A model generated the notes under the pieces. That model did not search any database. It worked only from the letters and a program-made list of their open reading frames with translations, and had not been told where the DNA came from. Below, in pieces: positions 20,193 to 34,664 of a stretch of DNA of 64,000 bases. The stretch is taken from positions 8,618,001-8,682,000 of the forward strand of contig CM035352.1 of assembly GCA_020137815.1 (NCBI GenBank), read 5' to 3'. How positions within the stretch are numbered: position 1 is the stretch's first letter; each line of letters starts with the position of its first letter. This stretch comes from Hormiphora californensis (Eukaryota; Animalia; Ctenophora). The translations under genes were made by a program, and so were the position numbers.

Positions 20193-23021
20193 TTACGAGT
20201 CAGAGACAACTGGGACAGTTTGACTGAACAAATAAGCAGCTTCTGGAATAGAAGGATCCAGCAAATGCTTGTTACCGTGTGATTTGGGCAGTGGCACCAA
20301 AGACTTCAAAAACAGATTAGCCCGTAATTGCAGATGCCTGAATGTGTCGAGAAGGTTTTTTCGGGTAGAACCTCTCCAGGAGTTGAATTTCCTGGTGTTG
20401 CGGGCACCCTGCTGTTGAGCTTCGATAGCTTCCTCAGAGAATCTGATCAAGCCATAACCATCGTTGGCTTTAATCCACTCCCAGCTGTGATCTAGTACAG
20501 GGTGAAGGGTGTTAGTCATACGGAACCATGGCATCTCGTCAATTATAAATCGTCGAGTAACGCGACACAGTCGTTCAAACTTATCAGGGTCGACACGAAT
20601 GTTAGACCCAAGAACAGCAAGGATGACCCAAAGTTTTCGCATAAGTAGGGCCATTCTAGAGGCGACTTCCCTGTTTGTCATCAGAACACACACTTCAGCT
20701 CCACGAAGAAGAAATTCTTTCGCGGCTTTGCCAACCATTCCATCACCTGTCTGGCTGTATCCGATCTGCAGAATACTCAATCTCAGGTATTTGTACACCT
20801 TGTTACAAAACAGTGATTTGTGTTCATTATACAGTACTCTCTGTGTTTTACTTATCTGTGTTTTGTAAGTTCTACCAGATACACCAAAAGCTTCAGCAAT
20901 CACAATATGGTTCAGAACTGATCTGGCGATGTTGATGAACGCGTGGAGAACAACAGTACGATCTGGGAGTGCGATTGGTTGTGCAGTAAAACCTAGCCTT
21001 TCACGACTGGTAATTTCCAAGTCGATTTCACCCTCCGTTGTAGTGAACTTTTTGGCTTCTGAAGATAGAACGTCAATAGTGGTGTATTTACGCTTAACGG
21101 GCGCAAGACAAGTCGAAACAGAATGGGCTTCGTCAACTGTCATGTCACAATAGTTACAAAAGGAACCACCACGCCCTGTCATGATAGTTCTAACTTTACC
21201 ATCGAGCATACAACGTTCAATCTTAGGCGTTACCCTGATAGCCCTGTTACCAATCTGGAAATCAAAAGAATCCTGGTCTACAGGATATCGCTCCACGAGA
21301 TGTTGTACCAGTTCATAGCACTCTGTAGCAGCGATCAGACACAGTGGTTGTAGGGTATCACGACTGTTCTCTGTTTCGTTTCTCCAGATCACGTCTCCAG
21401 TATCACTATCGGTCAAACTGAGGGGAACAAAACCCATTAGTTCTAGGTGAGACAGCCTATTACCGTCTTCAAATAGTGAAGCCACCTCAGTATCCCGAAT
21501 TTCGGGTTGGGAACCTGCTCCATCAAACCCATCTTTTACCTGCAAACTCACCCGTTTGGTTTGTGGTGGTATCAAACCCAGCTGGCTAAACTGCTCCATT
21601 ACGTATGAAAGAGCATCTTGATATTTAACATAGACACCCAAATACTTTTCGCCACCACCGATTGATGCTGGCTTAACAAAACTCACCGGTGCTTTCGAAA
21701 GAATTACCTTTTTCCTCCTTAGAATAGTCGAAATAGAAGGTATGGAGATATTGGTATTCATTTCTAGACCAGAAGAGAAGAGTGCTAGTTTAGCACAACT
21801 CATTCTAGTCAGAGTCATCAGGGACAAGATCACATCAATAGGTAACCTGTTCGAGTGAAGGGGCTTTCCCTCTGCTATAAGCTTAGAAAACGATTTCAAG
21901 TCGATGTTAGAATTAGGCAAAGCCAATGGCAGAAACTTGGCAACAACCTTTTCAGGAAGAACTTGACCGTTTTTACCACTGTTTTTGGGATCTTGTATGT
22001 ACTTCTCTAGTTCAGATGCAAGAATTCTCGCTCCAAAATCCTCTCGATAGTGCCTTTGTGATTTGCTTAGCTCATCATAAGGTTTGCGGAGGTTTGAGGT
22101 ACCTGAGGAAACGGGAGTTTTAGGTGTTGTGCTTGTAGAACTAGAAACAAACACGCCATACTCCCCCAAGGTAATAGCTGTTTTAGAAGCAAGTTCCTCA
22201 ACTTTTCCTTTGTATTTCTTTGCACTACGGATAGTTGTCAGGACATGATCAAATTTCCGTTTCAAACTCTTCTTCTGTATAGCAGGTGACTCACCAAAAC
22301 TGAACCCTCTCACCTCAAGCGATCCAATGAATATATCGGATACAGGCACCTTACTCAGGGCTAACTGGTCTTCCATCTTTGCATGGATCTGTCCAAACGT
22401 CAGCACTTCCCCATCACCGACATCAACAGACGGAGTCGTGGGTGCAGGTGTCGCGGTCGGTTCAGTAGAGTACACCTGTGGGGGAGATGGGCCAGCAGAT
22501 TCTGCTAATTTCTTCTCGAGCTGTGATATTTTCTCATGCAATGAAGCAATCTCAATATCTTTCTCGGAGCAGACAGAACATTCACTAGCTATCATTTCTG
22601 TCTGCGTGCTCTGATTAGTAAGTGAAGTATCACTAGGAAATGATAATTTTGCATACTTCACAGACCCACCTACTAGTGTCCTCGGCCTAATTGGCGTGAC
22701 AAAAGAACCACGCTGTGGGGTGGTGTCCACTGGAATGTCAGGAGTCCTGATAACTGAGGGGGATGCATCAGAAGCAACTTCTACGGAATTTGCAGGAGTA
22801 TCAAAATTAGTAGAATCCTCGCCCTCCTGCTCCTCTACTAGTTCTTCGATCGGTTCATCACAATCTTCTGAAAATACGTGTCCGCAGATCTCACACTCCT
22901 GCAATGATTTGTTATTCATAACACCGCAGTGACTGCAAGAGCGTTCATTCTCGAGATCTATTTCTTCTTCCTCAAAAATCAGATCGAAAATGCGTGGAAG
23001 GTTGGCTGCATTAGCCTCCAT
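20193..23021 (-). CDS. Transib/RAG1-like DDE transposase, 942 aa, intronless and intact
   Basis: KDGFDGAG (D1); VIWRNETENSRDTLQPLCLI; CMLDGKV (D2) followed by FCNYCD; VLHAFIN; GMVGKAAKEFL; TNTLHPVLDH; FSEEAIEA (E). Collinear with RAG1/Transib core motifs. N-terminal CxxC-x10-CxxC and NBD-like RKPYDELSKSQRHYR. Confidence 0.9.
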   Translation of the reverse strand: MEANAANLPRIFDLIFEEEEIDLENERSCSHCGVMNNKSLQECEICGHVFSEDCDEPIEELVEEQEGEDSTNFDTPANSVEVASDASPSVIRTPDIPVDTTPQRGSFVTPIRPRTLVGGSVKYAKLSFPSDTSLTNQSTQTEMIASECSVCSEKDIEIASLHEKISQLEKKLAESAGPSPPQVYSTEPTATPAPTTPSVDVGDGEVLTFGQIHAKMEDQLALSKVPVSDIFIGSLEVRGFSFGESPAIQKKSLKRKFDHVLTTIRSAKKYKGKVEELASKTAITLGEYGVFVSSSTSTTPKTPVSSGTSNLRKPYDELSKSQRHYREDFGARILASELEKYIQDPKNSGKNGQVLPEKVVAKFLPLALPNSNIDLKSFSKLIAEGKPLHSNRLPIDVILSLMTLTRMSCAKLALFSSGLEMNTNISIPSISTILRRKKVILSKAPVSFVKPASIGGGEKYLGVYVKYQDALSYVMEQFSQLGLIPPQTKRVSLQVKDGFDGAGSQPEIRDTEVASLFEDGNRLSHLELMGFVPLSLTDSDTGDVIWRNETENSRDTLQPLCLIAATECYELVQHLVERYPVDQDSFDFQIGNRAIRVTPKIERCMLDGKVRTIMTGRGGSFCNYCDMTVDEAHSVSTCLAPVKRKYTTIDVLSSEAKKFTTTEGEIDLEITSRERLGFTAQPIALPDRTVVLHAFINIARSVLNHIVIAEAFGVSGRTYKTQISKTQRVLYNEHKSLFCNKVYKYLRLSILQIGYSQTGDGMVGKAAKEFLLRGAEVCVLMTNREVASRMALLMRKLWVILAVLGSNIRVDPDKFERLCRVTRRFIIDEMPWFRMTNTLHPVLDHSWEWIKANDGYGLIRFSEEAIEAQQQGARNTRKFNSWRGSTRKNLLDTFRHLQLRANLFLKSLVPLPKSHGNKHLLDPSIPEAAYLFSQTVPVVSDS

Positions 23022-23292
23022 TCTAGGATTCGTTTCAATATATCATCGACTACATCATACAACTAGATGATGTACATATAGCTAAAGTGAATGAGTGGAT
23101 GAGAATTGGGTAAGGAAGTTGAATAGCCGGGGTTAGGGATGAGAAATGGGAGAGTGATAACCAAAAAATTGATTTTTTTAAAATAATTAAAATTAATGGA
23201 AAAAATTAATGGAAAAAAAGGCAGATAGCAGAAAAGATCCTGAATTTCAATTTCGATAGCTTTCTGAACGATAGCTTTCTGAACGAATTTTA

Positions 23293-24270
<978 letters not shown>

Positions 24271-24412
24271 CCTGAATGAGTGAGTGAATGACAAAGTGGG
24301 CAGTGACTGTTTATGGGATTATGGTGTTTGGTGATTATTAGGGGATGAGAAAATACTGCCAATATGGGATTAGGGTGTTTGGAGTTTGGAGTTTGTTATG
24401 GGGTGAGAAATC

Positions 24413-24745
24413 AGAAATTACTGTCGACATCTGAGTAGAGTGTTTGAAGTTTATTAGGGAGTCAAAAATTATTGTCGACATCTGAGTAGGGTGTTTGGAG
24501 TTTATTAGGGGGTCAGAAATTACTGTCGCCATCTGAGTAGGGTGTTTGGAGTTTATTAGGGGGTCAGAAATTACTGTCGCCATCTGAGTAGGGTGTTTGG
24601 AGTTTATTAGGGGGTGAGAAATTACTGTCGACATCTGAGTAGGGTGTTAGGAGTTTATTAGGGGGTGAGAAATTACTGTCGCCATCTGAGTAGGGTGTTA
24701 GGAGTTTATTAGGGGGTGAGAAATTACTGTCGACATCTGAGTGGG
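24413..24745. repeat. 51-bp tandem repeat (~6.5 copies)
   Basis: AGAAATTACTGTCG(A/C)CATCTGAGTAGGGTGTTTGGAGTTTATTAGGGGGT(C/G) repeated. Confidence 0.92.
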
Positions 24746-25072
24746 GTGAGAAATTGCTGTCCTCATGGGCTATCTAACTGTGACACCCTATCGTCAGTGT
24801 GACGACGTGATAAGTCAGTGTGACGACGTGACGGGGTCACTTCACATACATAAAAGGGAGAGAAAGAGAGAGAGAGGAAAAAGAGAGGGATCACATCACA
24901 TAGCATATATCATAAGGGAGAGAGAGTGAAGGAGAGACAGTAAAACAGAGAGGCCGCAGACTGCAGAACAAGACAGAGAGAGACGGAGAGACAATCAGTG
25001 AGATAGACAGGGAGATACAGTGAGACAGCGAGAAAAATAGATAGAAACAGAGAGAGAAAGACAGAGAAAGAC

Positions 25073-25142
<70 letters not shown>

Positions 25143-25417
25143 GAAACAGATTCCTCGATTGTTTTGCTTGTACTATGAACACAGGAGGGATGTAGAAATA
25201 ATTCCAGCACAGCCAAAAACCCAGGAGAAGTAGAAGGAAGTACCCAGTAAGAAAGGTTTATCCATAATGACGGAGATAGCATAGAGATAGCAGAGAGATA
25301 GATATCATAGAGCAGAGATAGCTGAGAGATAGGGGTGACACCGTGACACTTTGTAACATGTGCAGAACTTTTTGTGTACGTTACTTGTTACAAAAATGTT
25401 ACAAAGTGTTACGAGTC

Positions 25418-25450
<33 letters not shown>

Positions 25451-25687
25451 GCCGAGATAGCAGAGAGAAAGCAAAAAGAGCTAGCAGATGCAGAGGGAAA
25501 AGGCAGAGAGATAGAAGAGAGAGAGATAAAGCTAGCAATATATCAATTGTAAGCTATTCGTACGATGGCCTTGGCCATCCACTTGTCTTTCTTATTTTGT
25601 AAGAACAACAATCTTTACTCTTGCTACAAGGAATAACACAACCATACAAGATAGGAGAATATCGCGTCCTGCTGGGGGCCTGCTGGC

Positions 25688-25774
<87 letters not shown>

Positions 25775-25796
25775 TCTCTATCTCTCTCGCTCTATC

Positions 25797-25835
<39 letters not shown>

Positions 25836-26025
25836 CTCTATCTCGCTCTTTAGCGTATCTCGCTGCTGGTAATCGCTTGCCACGTGTCAATGTATCTAGA
25901 AGGCTCAGTTGCATTTTGTAAGAACAAAATTCTTTACTCTAATTGCTACAAGGAATAATCTAGAAGAGCTCATCAACTTCCAATAACACTACCATATAAG
26001 ATAGGAGAGTAAAAGAGGATCGTGT

Positions 26026-26099
<74 letters not shown>

Positions 26100-27213
26100 G
26101 CAATCAATTACAAAGTGTCAAATATCTAGAAGAGCTCATTGCATTTTCAATACTATATTAGTACTATTTCTACTTCATGGACTGACTATGAAAAGCGACG
26201 CAAGGCAAGCGTAAAAACAAAAGCCTAGTTAAGTGAGCAAAGCAAGGAAACAGTGCAAGATTGACTGAACAAAAAGTGTAACTGAAAAGGTCTGACATGA
26301 AAGAGCTTTGGCGGGCTTTGGCGGCATTTTTCGTTTCCGTGGAGATGAGCAAAGTTATTTCAGCTTGAAATAGCATGTTCGGCAAAAAAGTAGCGCGCGC
26401 AGTAAAACTGGCAAGCCGCGGCGCGCGATGTTTTTGCGCCCCCTCCACCCCCGCCCCACCTCCCCCACCCCTGCCCTTCCCAATTTAGAGCACTTTGTTA
26501 CACAGGCCACTACAGCGACAATCCTTGTGTTTTGGTGCACTAAGTCGCTTATCGCGTGTAACAGTTATCAATGGTCTTATCTATATTATCCGACTTGTAT
26601 TCTAGAACATTTTACACTCTACGTTGGTACTGCCCCACGCCTTATTTGTGTTTGATCGTCTTTTATCTTTACCTGTAATTGAAAGGAATACACCTCTCAC
26701 CTCATCACCAACAACATCACGGTATCAATCATACATCAAATACTGTAAGTTCATCTGTCTGTATTGACTGTTCATTCATTGTTTACAATTGATAATGTTA
26801 CCGGATTTAACCTTACCAACCAATTATTTAATTAGAGCTACTATAGACAGACTACCCCAGACCCAAGCTTGAGAAGTGTCCACTCGACGGACCGTCGTCG
26901 TAACAAACAAACGAACAGGCTTACTTGCACAGCCACCCAAGCTTGAAAATTTGCCCCCTAACTTGTCATGTTGCTTATTCGCAAGATAACTGCAAATGTC
27001 CTCACGGGGCGGAGATGCGAAGAGTGCAACCGACCTTTAACCGTGGGGGCTGCGTAAGTGTCTGGCAAGTACAATGACTGACTGACATTAAGAATGCCAT
27101 GATTTTAACTGACCACAACACGATGACAGACGCTATGACGAGGTTGCAATGTCGTTCTGCCCTAACGGGCAGAGTTTGGCACGCTATAACCTATCTGTAC
27201 CACCACCACCACC

Positions 27214-27552
27214 ACACAGACCAGCCCCATATTTGGGCAGTCGACTATATGCCCAAATATGGTGTGTCACACTATATTTCCCCATTCAGGAGGGTAGGAG
27301 AGGGACCCTACACAGATCAGCCCCATATTTGGGTAGTCGACTATATGCCCAAATATGGTGTGTCACACTATATTTCCCCATTCAGGAGGGTAGGAGAGGG
27401 TCCTTACACAGATCAGCCCCATATTTGGGCAGTCGACTATATGCCCAAATATGGTGTGTCACACTATATTTCCCCATTCAGGAGGGTAGGAGAGGGTCCC
27501 TACACAGAACCCACAGATGCCCAAAGGGCCCATATGGTCAGTCGACTATATT
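27214..27552. repeat. 96-bp tandem repeat (3+ copies) running into the assembly gap
   Basis: CAGCCCC at 27222, 27318 and 27414; each unit has the hairpin CCATATTTGGGCA...TGCCCAAATATGG. Confidence 0.9.
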
Positions 27553-27553
27553 T

Positions 27554-27653
27554 NNNNNNNNNNNNNNNNNNNNNNNNNNNNNNNNNNNNNNNNNNNNNNN
27601 NNNNNNNNNNNNNNNNNNNNNNNNNNNNNNNNNNNNNNNNNNNNNNNNNNNNN
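27554..27653. other. Assembly gap (100 N)
   Basis: Run of N. Confidence 1.
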
Positions 27654-29656
27654 CCAAAAAAAAAAAACAACCTTTGCCAGACTAAGTTCCAGACTTTTTT
27701 TGGGGCCGGGGTTAACGGTTGGAAAAATACCCTTTTCCCCCCCTCTAAATCCTGGAAAATACACGATGCCCTAACCAGAATTTTCCCTTTTTTGGGGGGC
27801 AAAAATTCGAAGGGTTTTTAGGGAATTTAATCTAAAATTCGTTCGTAAGGAAAATTAAAGTTATGAAGTTATCCCCCCCACAAAACATACCCCCAAACGG
27901 AGATACTAAAGGGGCCCTGAAATGAAAAGGGGGACTTTTGAAAAATGGGCTCCACCGCGTCCGTTCTCTTTGTAAAGTGATTGTCGAGGACTGGGTGGGC
28001 GGGGTTTTTCGTAGATTGGGAATCAGGTCTTTTTAAAGGAGCAAACAGTCCCTTCCAATTTTCGGTGGAAAGTTGTTGTCGCTTACTTCGGGATATCTCT
28101 GTTTTAGGAGAGAGAGGAGGTTCTGAGAGATATCCTGAGCTCCAATTGCGAGGAGGAAGAGTGGGAGATGGGTTCCCCCGGTACCACTTTGGTGGTTAAC
28201 CATGCCCCAAAAAAAAATATAAACCGTGAGATTTGGGAAAAAATGTCGATGCAGGGAAGGAAGAATTTTAAAGCCTAATTTTAAAAAAGAAAAATTTTGA
28301 AACTTGGGGGCCTTTCCCTCAAAAATTTCCCGGTCCTTTAATTTTTTTAGGGAGGGGTACCCTACTATGAACTTATTTGATTTACAAGATTTCCTATTTG
28401 AATTAAAGTAAGGGGGCTTTTTTGAGGGAAAAAAAAAATGACAAAAGGAAAACAGTTTTTTGGGGGGTGATAAGGGGGAGAGAGAGAGGGGGGGAAAAAA
28501 TAGAAAATAGAAAATAAGTTTCGTAAAGTGATAAAATTATGACAATTCAATATTCGGATAGTCTACAGACATAGTCCATTTATGCCATAAACTCCCAAAA
28601 TAAAAAGAACAAGCAGGAAAATAAAATTTTTTTGTGAAATTTTAGCATAAATTTTATCTGTGTACTTTGCACAGACTGTACCTGTACTTTAGGTCCCCTG
28701 AAAAATTTTATGTGTAAACTTAATCTGTTAAAAAGTTTTTTAACCTACCCGAGTTTAATCCAGCGGCTTGTGCCACACACAATGCTGACGGTAGAATGGT
28801 CAGATATTTGACGTTAAAGACGGTAAATATGAGATGTTCCAGTCTGTCCCTCTGTTCTGGATTACCCCAGACTACTATTACTTCCTCCTTAGGGGGGTCA
28901 ACATGGAGGCGGGGGCCCCTGAACTCAGAAACCTAAGGGGGGAGAAGAAAAAAAATGTTTCCAAAATTTTAAGGTTGGGTTTATTTTCTTTGCCCGGCCC
29001 TAGGGGAAATTTTTTTCCCTTTTTTAACCCGACCCCATCGGTAAAAACACCTCGTTAAAGGGGCCATGGTTTAGGAGCGGGTTTTTTTCCCGGGGGGTAC
29101 ACTTAGGGGGGTACTTTTCCCCGCCGAATCCGGCCTTCACTAAAAAAGGGATCCCAAATCCGGACGGGGGTTAAAGGCCTATTCACCAGGGTTGCTCCCA
29201 AAAATAAAAACCCTCTTGTCAGTCCCGACGGAAAAAAGTCCCAGGTTTTCACGGGAAAAACCCGTGTTATCAAGTTGATTATTGAAAGTGTTTTTGGGTT
29301 TATCGGGCCAAGCGGGGGTTATTGAAAACCCTCAAGCACATTTTTAAAAAACAGAAATTTGTCGTATTTTTCTTTGTTCATTTTTCATTTTTTAAATAAA
29401 ATTTTAAAGCACATGAAAAGGAGCTGCCCAAATTAAAACTTTAAAGGGTCTCTCGGGGGCACAGGCTTGGCTCCATTGAAACCCTTTCTGCTCCGTGAGA
29501 TCGATCTCGGGCCCGCCCCACGTCTTTCCGATCTCACTCGGGTATAAATGGGCCCAAGGCACAGGCTAATCATCCCTAAGCGGGTTTTTAATTTTTCATA
29601 TATTTCCAAAATTTTAAAAAGGGTACCCCCTGGGAAAATTTTTGTTGAGGGGCCCG

Positions 29657-30894
29657 CTTAGCTCTCCAATGGGGTTGTGGGGCCCTCCCAAACCCCGACC
29701 TAAAAATGCAATTTTACCCCTTTAACTCGAATTCTTTTTGCTACAGCTCCTCAAGTTTGACCCTAAAAACCCCGGGTTTTTAAGGGCCCTAAAATTTTTT
29801 TTTTTAGGGTAAAAAGCTAAAATTTAGGGATTCCCTAGAGGGTTTCCAAGGTTTTAAAACTCAAAACAGGGAAATTTTTTTTAAAAAGGAAACCAATTTT
29901 TTTGTCTGAGACCATTTTACTTTTTTTACTTTGAGGCCATATTTTTTAAAGTTCCTATTGGGCCCCTTTAAAGGGTAAAAAAGGGTATTTTGGGGCTCCA
30001 ACAATTTTTTCAAAGTAGCCCCCAAATTTTTTAGGAGGCCAATTTTAAATGTTGGGCCACGGTTCCTTTTTGGGAAAGGAAAAAATTTTTGGGAAAAATT
30101 TAAATGGCTATTCTTTAAAACGGTAGGCCCAGCGATCCAATTTTTTACTAAAAACGATTCAGCGGGGCCCATTTTTTTGGGGGGCGTCTCTTAGACATTT
30201 GGCCCCTAATAACCGTTTTTTTTTTTAGAAAACATTTTTAAAGGGGTTTTAAAATGTTTAGCGAAATAGGGGTTAAAAAATTTCTCTTTGCTAGAACATT
30301 TTGCTAAACTTTTACAAAACCCTTAAAAAACGATTTTTGAAAAAAAAAAGGTTTTGACTTAGAAGGGGAAAATGTTTAAAGACGAACCCCCCCCCCCAAA
30401 ACGGGGCCCGCTGAAGATTTAGTACAAAATTGGGGTCGCTGGGGCCACCCTTTTTTTGGTATACCTTTTAAGTTTTCCTAAAAATGGCTTTACAAAAAAG
30501 GGAAACCCTTTAAAAGGGCCCATTTCAAAAAAAAATTTGGACCTCCTGAAAATTTTTTTGGGGACTTTGACAAATTGGTTTTGGAGACCCAATTCCATGT
30601 TTTAGCCTAACGGTCCTAGAACATGTTCAATTTAAGGTCAAAAAGTAATAGTCTAGCAAAAAGGGTTTCGGCATGTTCAAAAATTTCTGTTTGAGCTATA
30701 CACCTTGGTATCCTCTATGAATCCCTAAATTTTCAGCTTTCTAGCCCTAAAAATAAAATTTAGGGACCTTAAAAACCGGTTTTTAGGGTCAAACTTTGAG
30801 GAGCTGTAGCAAAAATATGAATTCGAGTTAAGGGCTAAAATTGCATATTTGAGGTCGGCTTGGTATGCCCTACAACCCCATATGGAGAGCTAAC
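29657..30894. mobile_element. Non-autonomous DNA element with long TIRs (left arm in low-quality sequence)
   Basis: ~29657-29850 is a degraded reverse complement of ~30720-30894 (e.g. GCTACAGCTCCTCAAGTTTGACCCTAAAAA versus TTTTAGGGTCAAACTTTGAGGAGCTGTAGC). Confidence 0.6.
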
Positions 30895-32324
30895 ATAGGT
30901 TCAAGTTGTCCAACTGTAAAGCAGCTGAAAAGGCAGAAAAAGATTAATTGCATTGCTCATCAAAAGATTGGAACATATGACGGCTCGAGAAGTATGCTGC
31001 AAAAACATTTTAGCTGTACACAGCTGTTTTTATATAAGAGAATGGCGACATTAAATTTAACTACAAATGCATGGCTTCCCCTCCATACGACAGCTGGTGA
31101 GAGAAGCGCGAGTCGAGAGAGATAGAGATAGAGAGGGAGAGAGATGTGGGCCGAGATAGGAGAGACGGAGAGAGACGGAGAGAGAAAGAAAGATGGGGTA
31201 AATGCCCGGTAGATGTTAAAGTGTTAAACACTAAACTCTATAAACTCTAAACTCTATAAACTCTAAACTTTCAGTGCCACATCTGGGGATGCTTCCCCCA
31301 TAGCAGAGATACAATTTAAATCGTTTAGTATCTCTGGGAATTTAATATCTCTGGGAATTATGGTGATCATGATCAATATCTCCCTTTCCTCTCTCTCACT
31401 ACCCCCCACGATTGGTAATGAAATTCCCCCTCTGCGCTAGCTCACGGATATGCAATAATAGGGGTGACTTCGTAACCAACCCCCACGACGAGCTGCTCGA
31501 CGTGAGTTGTCCCCATCTTATTTTGAGTAACAAATCACAACCACATATGTAATCGCTCTCCGAGTCAAGGCGATGTGATTTGCCTTACTCGACCCTGCTG
31601 GGCTTTGTTGAGTAAGGGGTAAGAAGCTGGGCCTGCTTTGAACAAGACGAGCTGCGAGGAAGGGTTACAATTCGTTCAAACTAAAAGAAATTACCACTAC
31701 TTTGCCTGGCTAGACTGTTACAAATGTAAAGGGAGGGTTAAAACATAACAACCACTACTATCATGGCATAACTTGTTGAGTAAGGTGTACCCATTCGAAT
31801 CGCGTTTCTCTTTGTTATTCGCTCTAACTCTTTCTGGCGCCGCCGACCCCATCTGATGGGGTCAGGGGTACTGCGCCGCCATACAACTCTAACTCTCATG
31901 GGTAACCAGTTGAGTTAAGCTTGTTGAGTAACCTAGTGTTGAGTTAACCCTTACTCAACAAGGGTAACCAGTTGAGCACTCTCGGTGGGAGGCGTCTTCC
32001 ACGTGCAAATGACCACTATAAGTATAACAGCTGCTGCAGCAGGTCGTACATAACACTAGACATGCCCATTCTGGAACAAGTGCGGGGGGCCATCGGAAGT
32101 TAATTGCTCACTTTACTATGTAGGAATATACTAAGTATACTACATGAATATTATACTACATACTAGTATGCTCAAGATATAAGCTGTATTAGTAGTATAA
32201 AAGTAGTATAAAAAGTATTCAAAGTAGTATAAAAAGTATATAAAGTAGTATAAAAGTACTATGGCCTCCCTCACACCTCCGGGAGATCCCCCTGGGGACG
32301 TCCCCCAGCGCAGCAGAGCACTAC

Positions 32325-32411
32325 TTCATCTATTATAATCCCTCAGCTGGGACTGGGACGTATCTGTAACAGATACGTCCCAGTCCCAGCTGGGGGATTG
32401 TAATAGATGAA
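32325..32411. repeat. Near-perfect ~87-bp palindrome
   Basis: TTCATCTATTATAATCC..CAGCTGGGACTGGGACGTATCTGT mirrored across the centre. Confidence 0.85.
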
Positions 32412-33838
32412 TCGGCTGAGAATGATCTGCCAGAAAATTGAGTCCGCGTGTGCTGATTTGATTTGAGGGCTACCTCTTTTCTCGTTCTTTCTGACAGTGT
32501 CACACTGACATTCTATCTCAGATATCCAGCAAATACAACGATGCAGGCTGACAGTTGAAGCATTAATAAATTCAGCTGAAGATGATCCTGCGAAAGATAG
32601 ACCAAGTTTAAAGAAGCACGTGCCAGCTGGTTTGGTGACATATAGACACCTGGCGTGACCCCCGCACTCAATCTTGGTCGCGCACGGTGTCTATGTCACC
32701 AATCAGCTGGTATATTCGAGTAGTAGGGCTTGACTGTGGTCTGGGAACCAGTCAGATACTACAAAGTCGAGCTGTTCAATTGACACAGTTCAATTGACTC
32801 AATTACAGTAGAAGCGACAATATAGCCAATGCAATACAACATTACCTCGCGGTTAATGCTGCTGCACAGTGTATTGTACAGCGCCGGGCCGCAGTAGTGG
32901 ACCAATATATTCTGTGCAGTGCAACGTGTACAGTACAGAATGCTGGCGAATTGTCAATGAACTACTCAGCAGTAGAAACCACAGCTGTAAGTGTATGCAC
33001 AGACGTCACACAGTACGTCACCGGTCACACAGTATCGGGATCACACCGAGAACAAAGTCATTGCAGCTGCATCATGCAGAAGAAGCCTGGTTCCTGTAAT
33101 AGGGGGAACTTGTGGTATCAATTGAACTACCAAAAAGCAGTGCTCCGTCATATTGGCCACCTGCGTTGAACGTGGTGCACGACTTTAAAGACGCAGTCCG
33201 CTAAAATTGTTTGCGTGTTTTGGACGTCGTGGTCCGTGCTGTGGGGCGTGGGCAGCAATGTACGGGTAGCTAATATGGCGGCCGAGCACACTGATGATAA
33301 TATGGAAGATATGGACCACCAGATTCAGGCAACTCTCAGCTTCCTTTAGAAGAGCAACTAAAATGCCATGAACTACATTACTGAACATAGATGTAACGCA
33401 GTATAATGTTACTCAATGTTACTCAACATACAAGCACGATACACTTCAACACACACATTGCAGTATGACACACACACACAGAGACATTGTGAACACATGA
33501 GTATTGTGCTTATACCATTACGGCTGGCATTATGTGCATAGTGGCCGATGCATACTCACATATTAGCTCTCATATTCATACATTGAGGAAAATAAAATGG
33601 CAAATGCGCATACGACGCCCCATAATGAAACAATGACACTCATACTTCCTGGAATTAATTCTATACCCAATGGGCCAATCTTGCTACTTATAATTATGCG
33701 AAGTTTAGCTGCAATTTGACCAAAAGAAAAGACAGCGAGCTAAGACATTCTTGAGCTAGCTGTGATTTGTCGCCTGTTCGCGGAGTAGCTCAGGAAAATG
33801 CAAAAGTAGTGGGATGAGGTATGTGTGAGGAAGAAAAA

Positions 33839-34110
<272 letters not shown>

Positions 34111-34664
34111 GAAAATGAGAGACATAGAGTAGGAAACTAAAAATCAGCCGACATAATTAGAGCTGGGGAATGGGGGTGAAGCGCTGTGTAAGAAAGATAG
34201 AGATAAAATTAGAAATGTGAAATAATTAGGGATCAGAACCGAATGTTAAATAAGTAGAGACTACGAATAAAATACATATTAGGATCCAAGGATAAGGGAA
34301 ATAAGATAAGGAAAAAGATAAGGATTCGCAGAGATAAGGATCTAGAGATAAGGATCCAGGGATAATGACGAAGAGATAAGAATTCAGAAACAAGGATCCA
34401 GACATAGGAATTCTCTGAATTCGATTAAGAGATAACTTATCTCTTATCGCTAAATCCTTATTTCTAAATCCTTATCTGATAAGGGTTTAGAGATAAGGAT
34501 TCAGCGATAAGGATCCACAGATTAAGATCTACTGATCGAAAGATTGTAAATGATCCAGGAGATAGTTTGGAGAAATCGGAAAGACAATAAGAAATTTCCA
34601 AGACCCTAAAGTAAAAGAAGATAAATTCTCCTTTGGCGATGGGGTAGTAAAATATGATTATGTA

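Noticed and set aside
25329-25346. CACCGTG as a Transib right TIR, paired with CACGTGTCATC at ~20009
   Set aside because: Match too short and imperfect, and no 5-bp TSD seen.
27099-27821. ORFs across the 96-bp repeat and N gap
   Set aside because: Repeat-derived and spanning unknown bases.
32860-33400. Cys/His-rich fragments suggestive of a decayed Mutator/SWIM transposase (similar at ~48.0-48.4 kb)
   Set aside because: Too fragmented; no catalytic motifs identifiable by eye.
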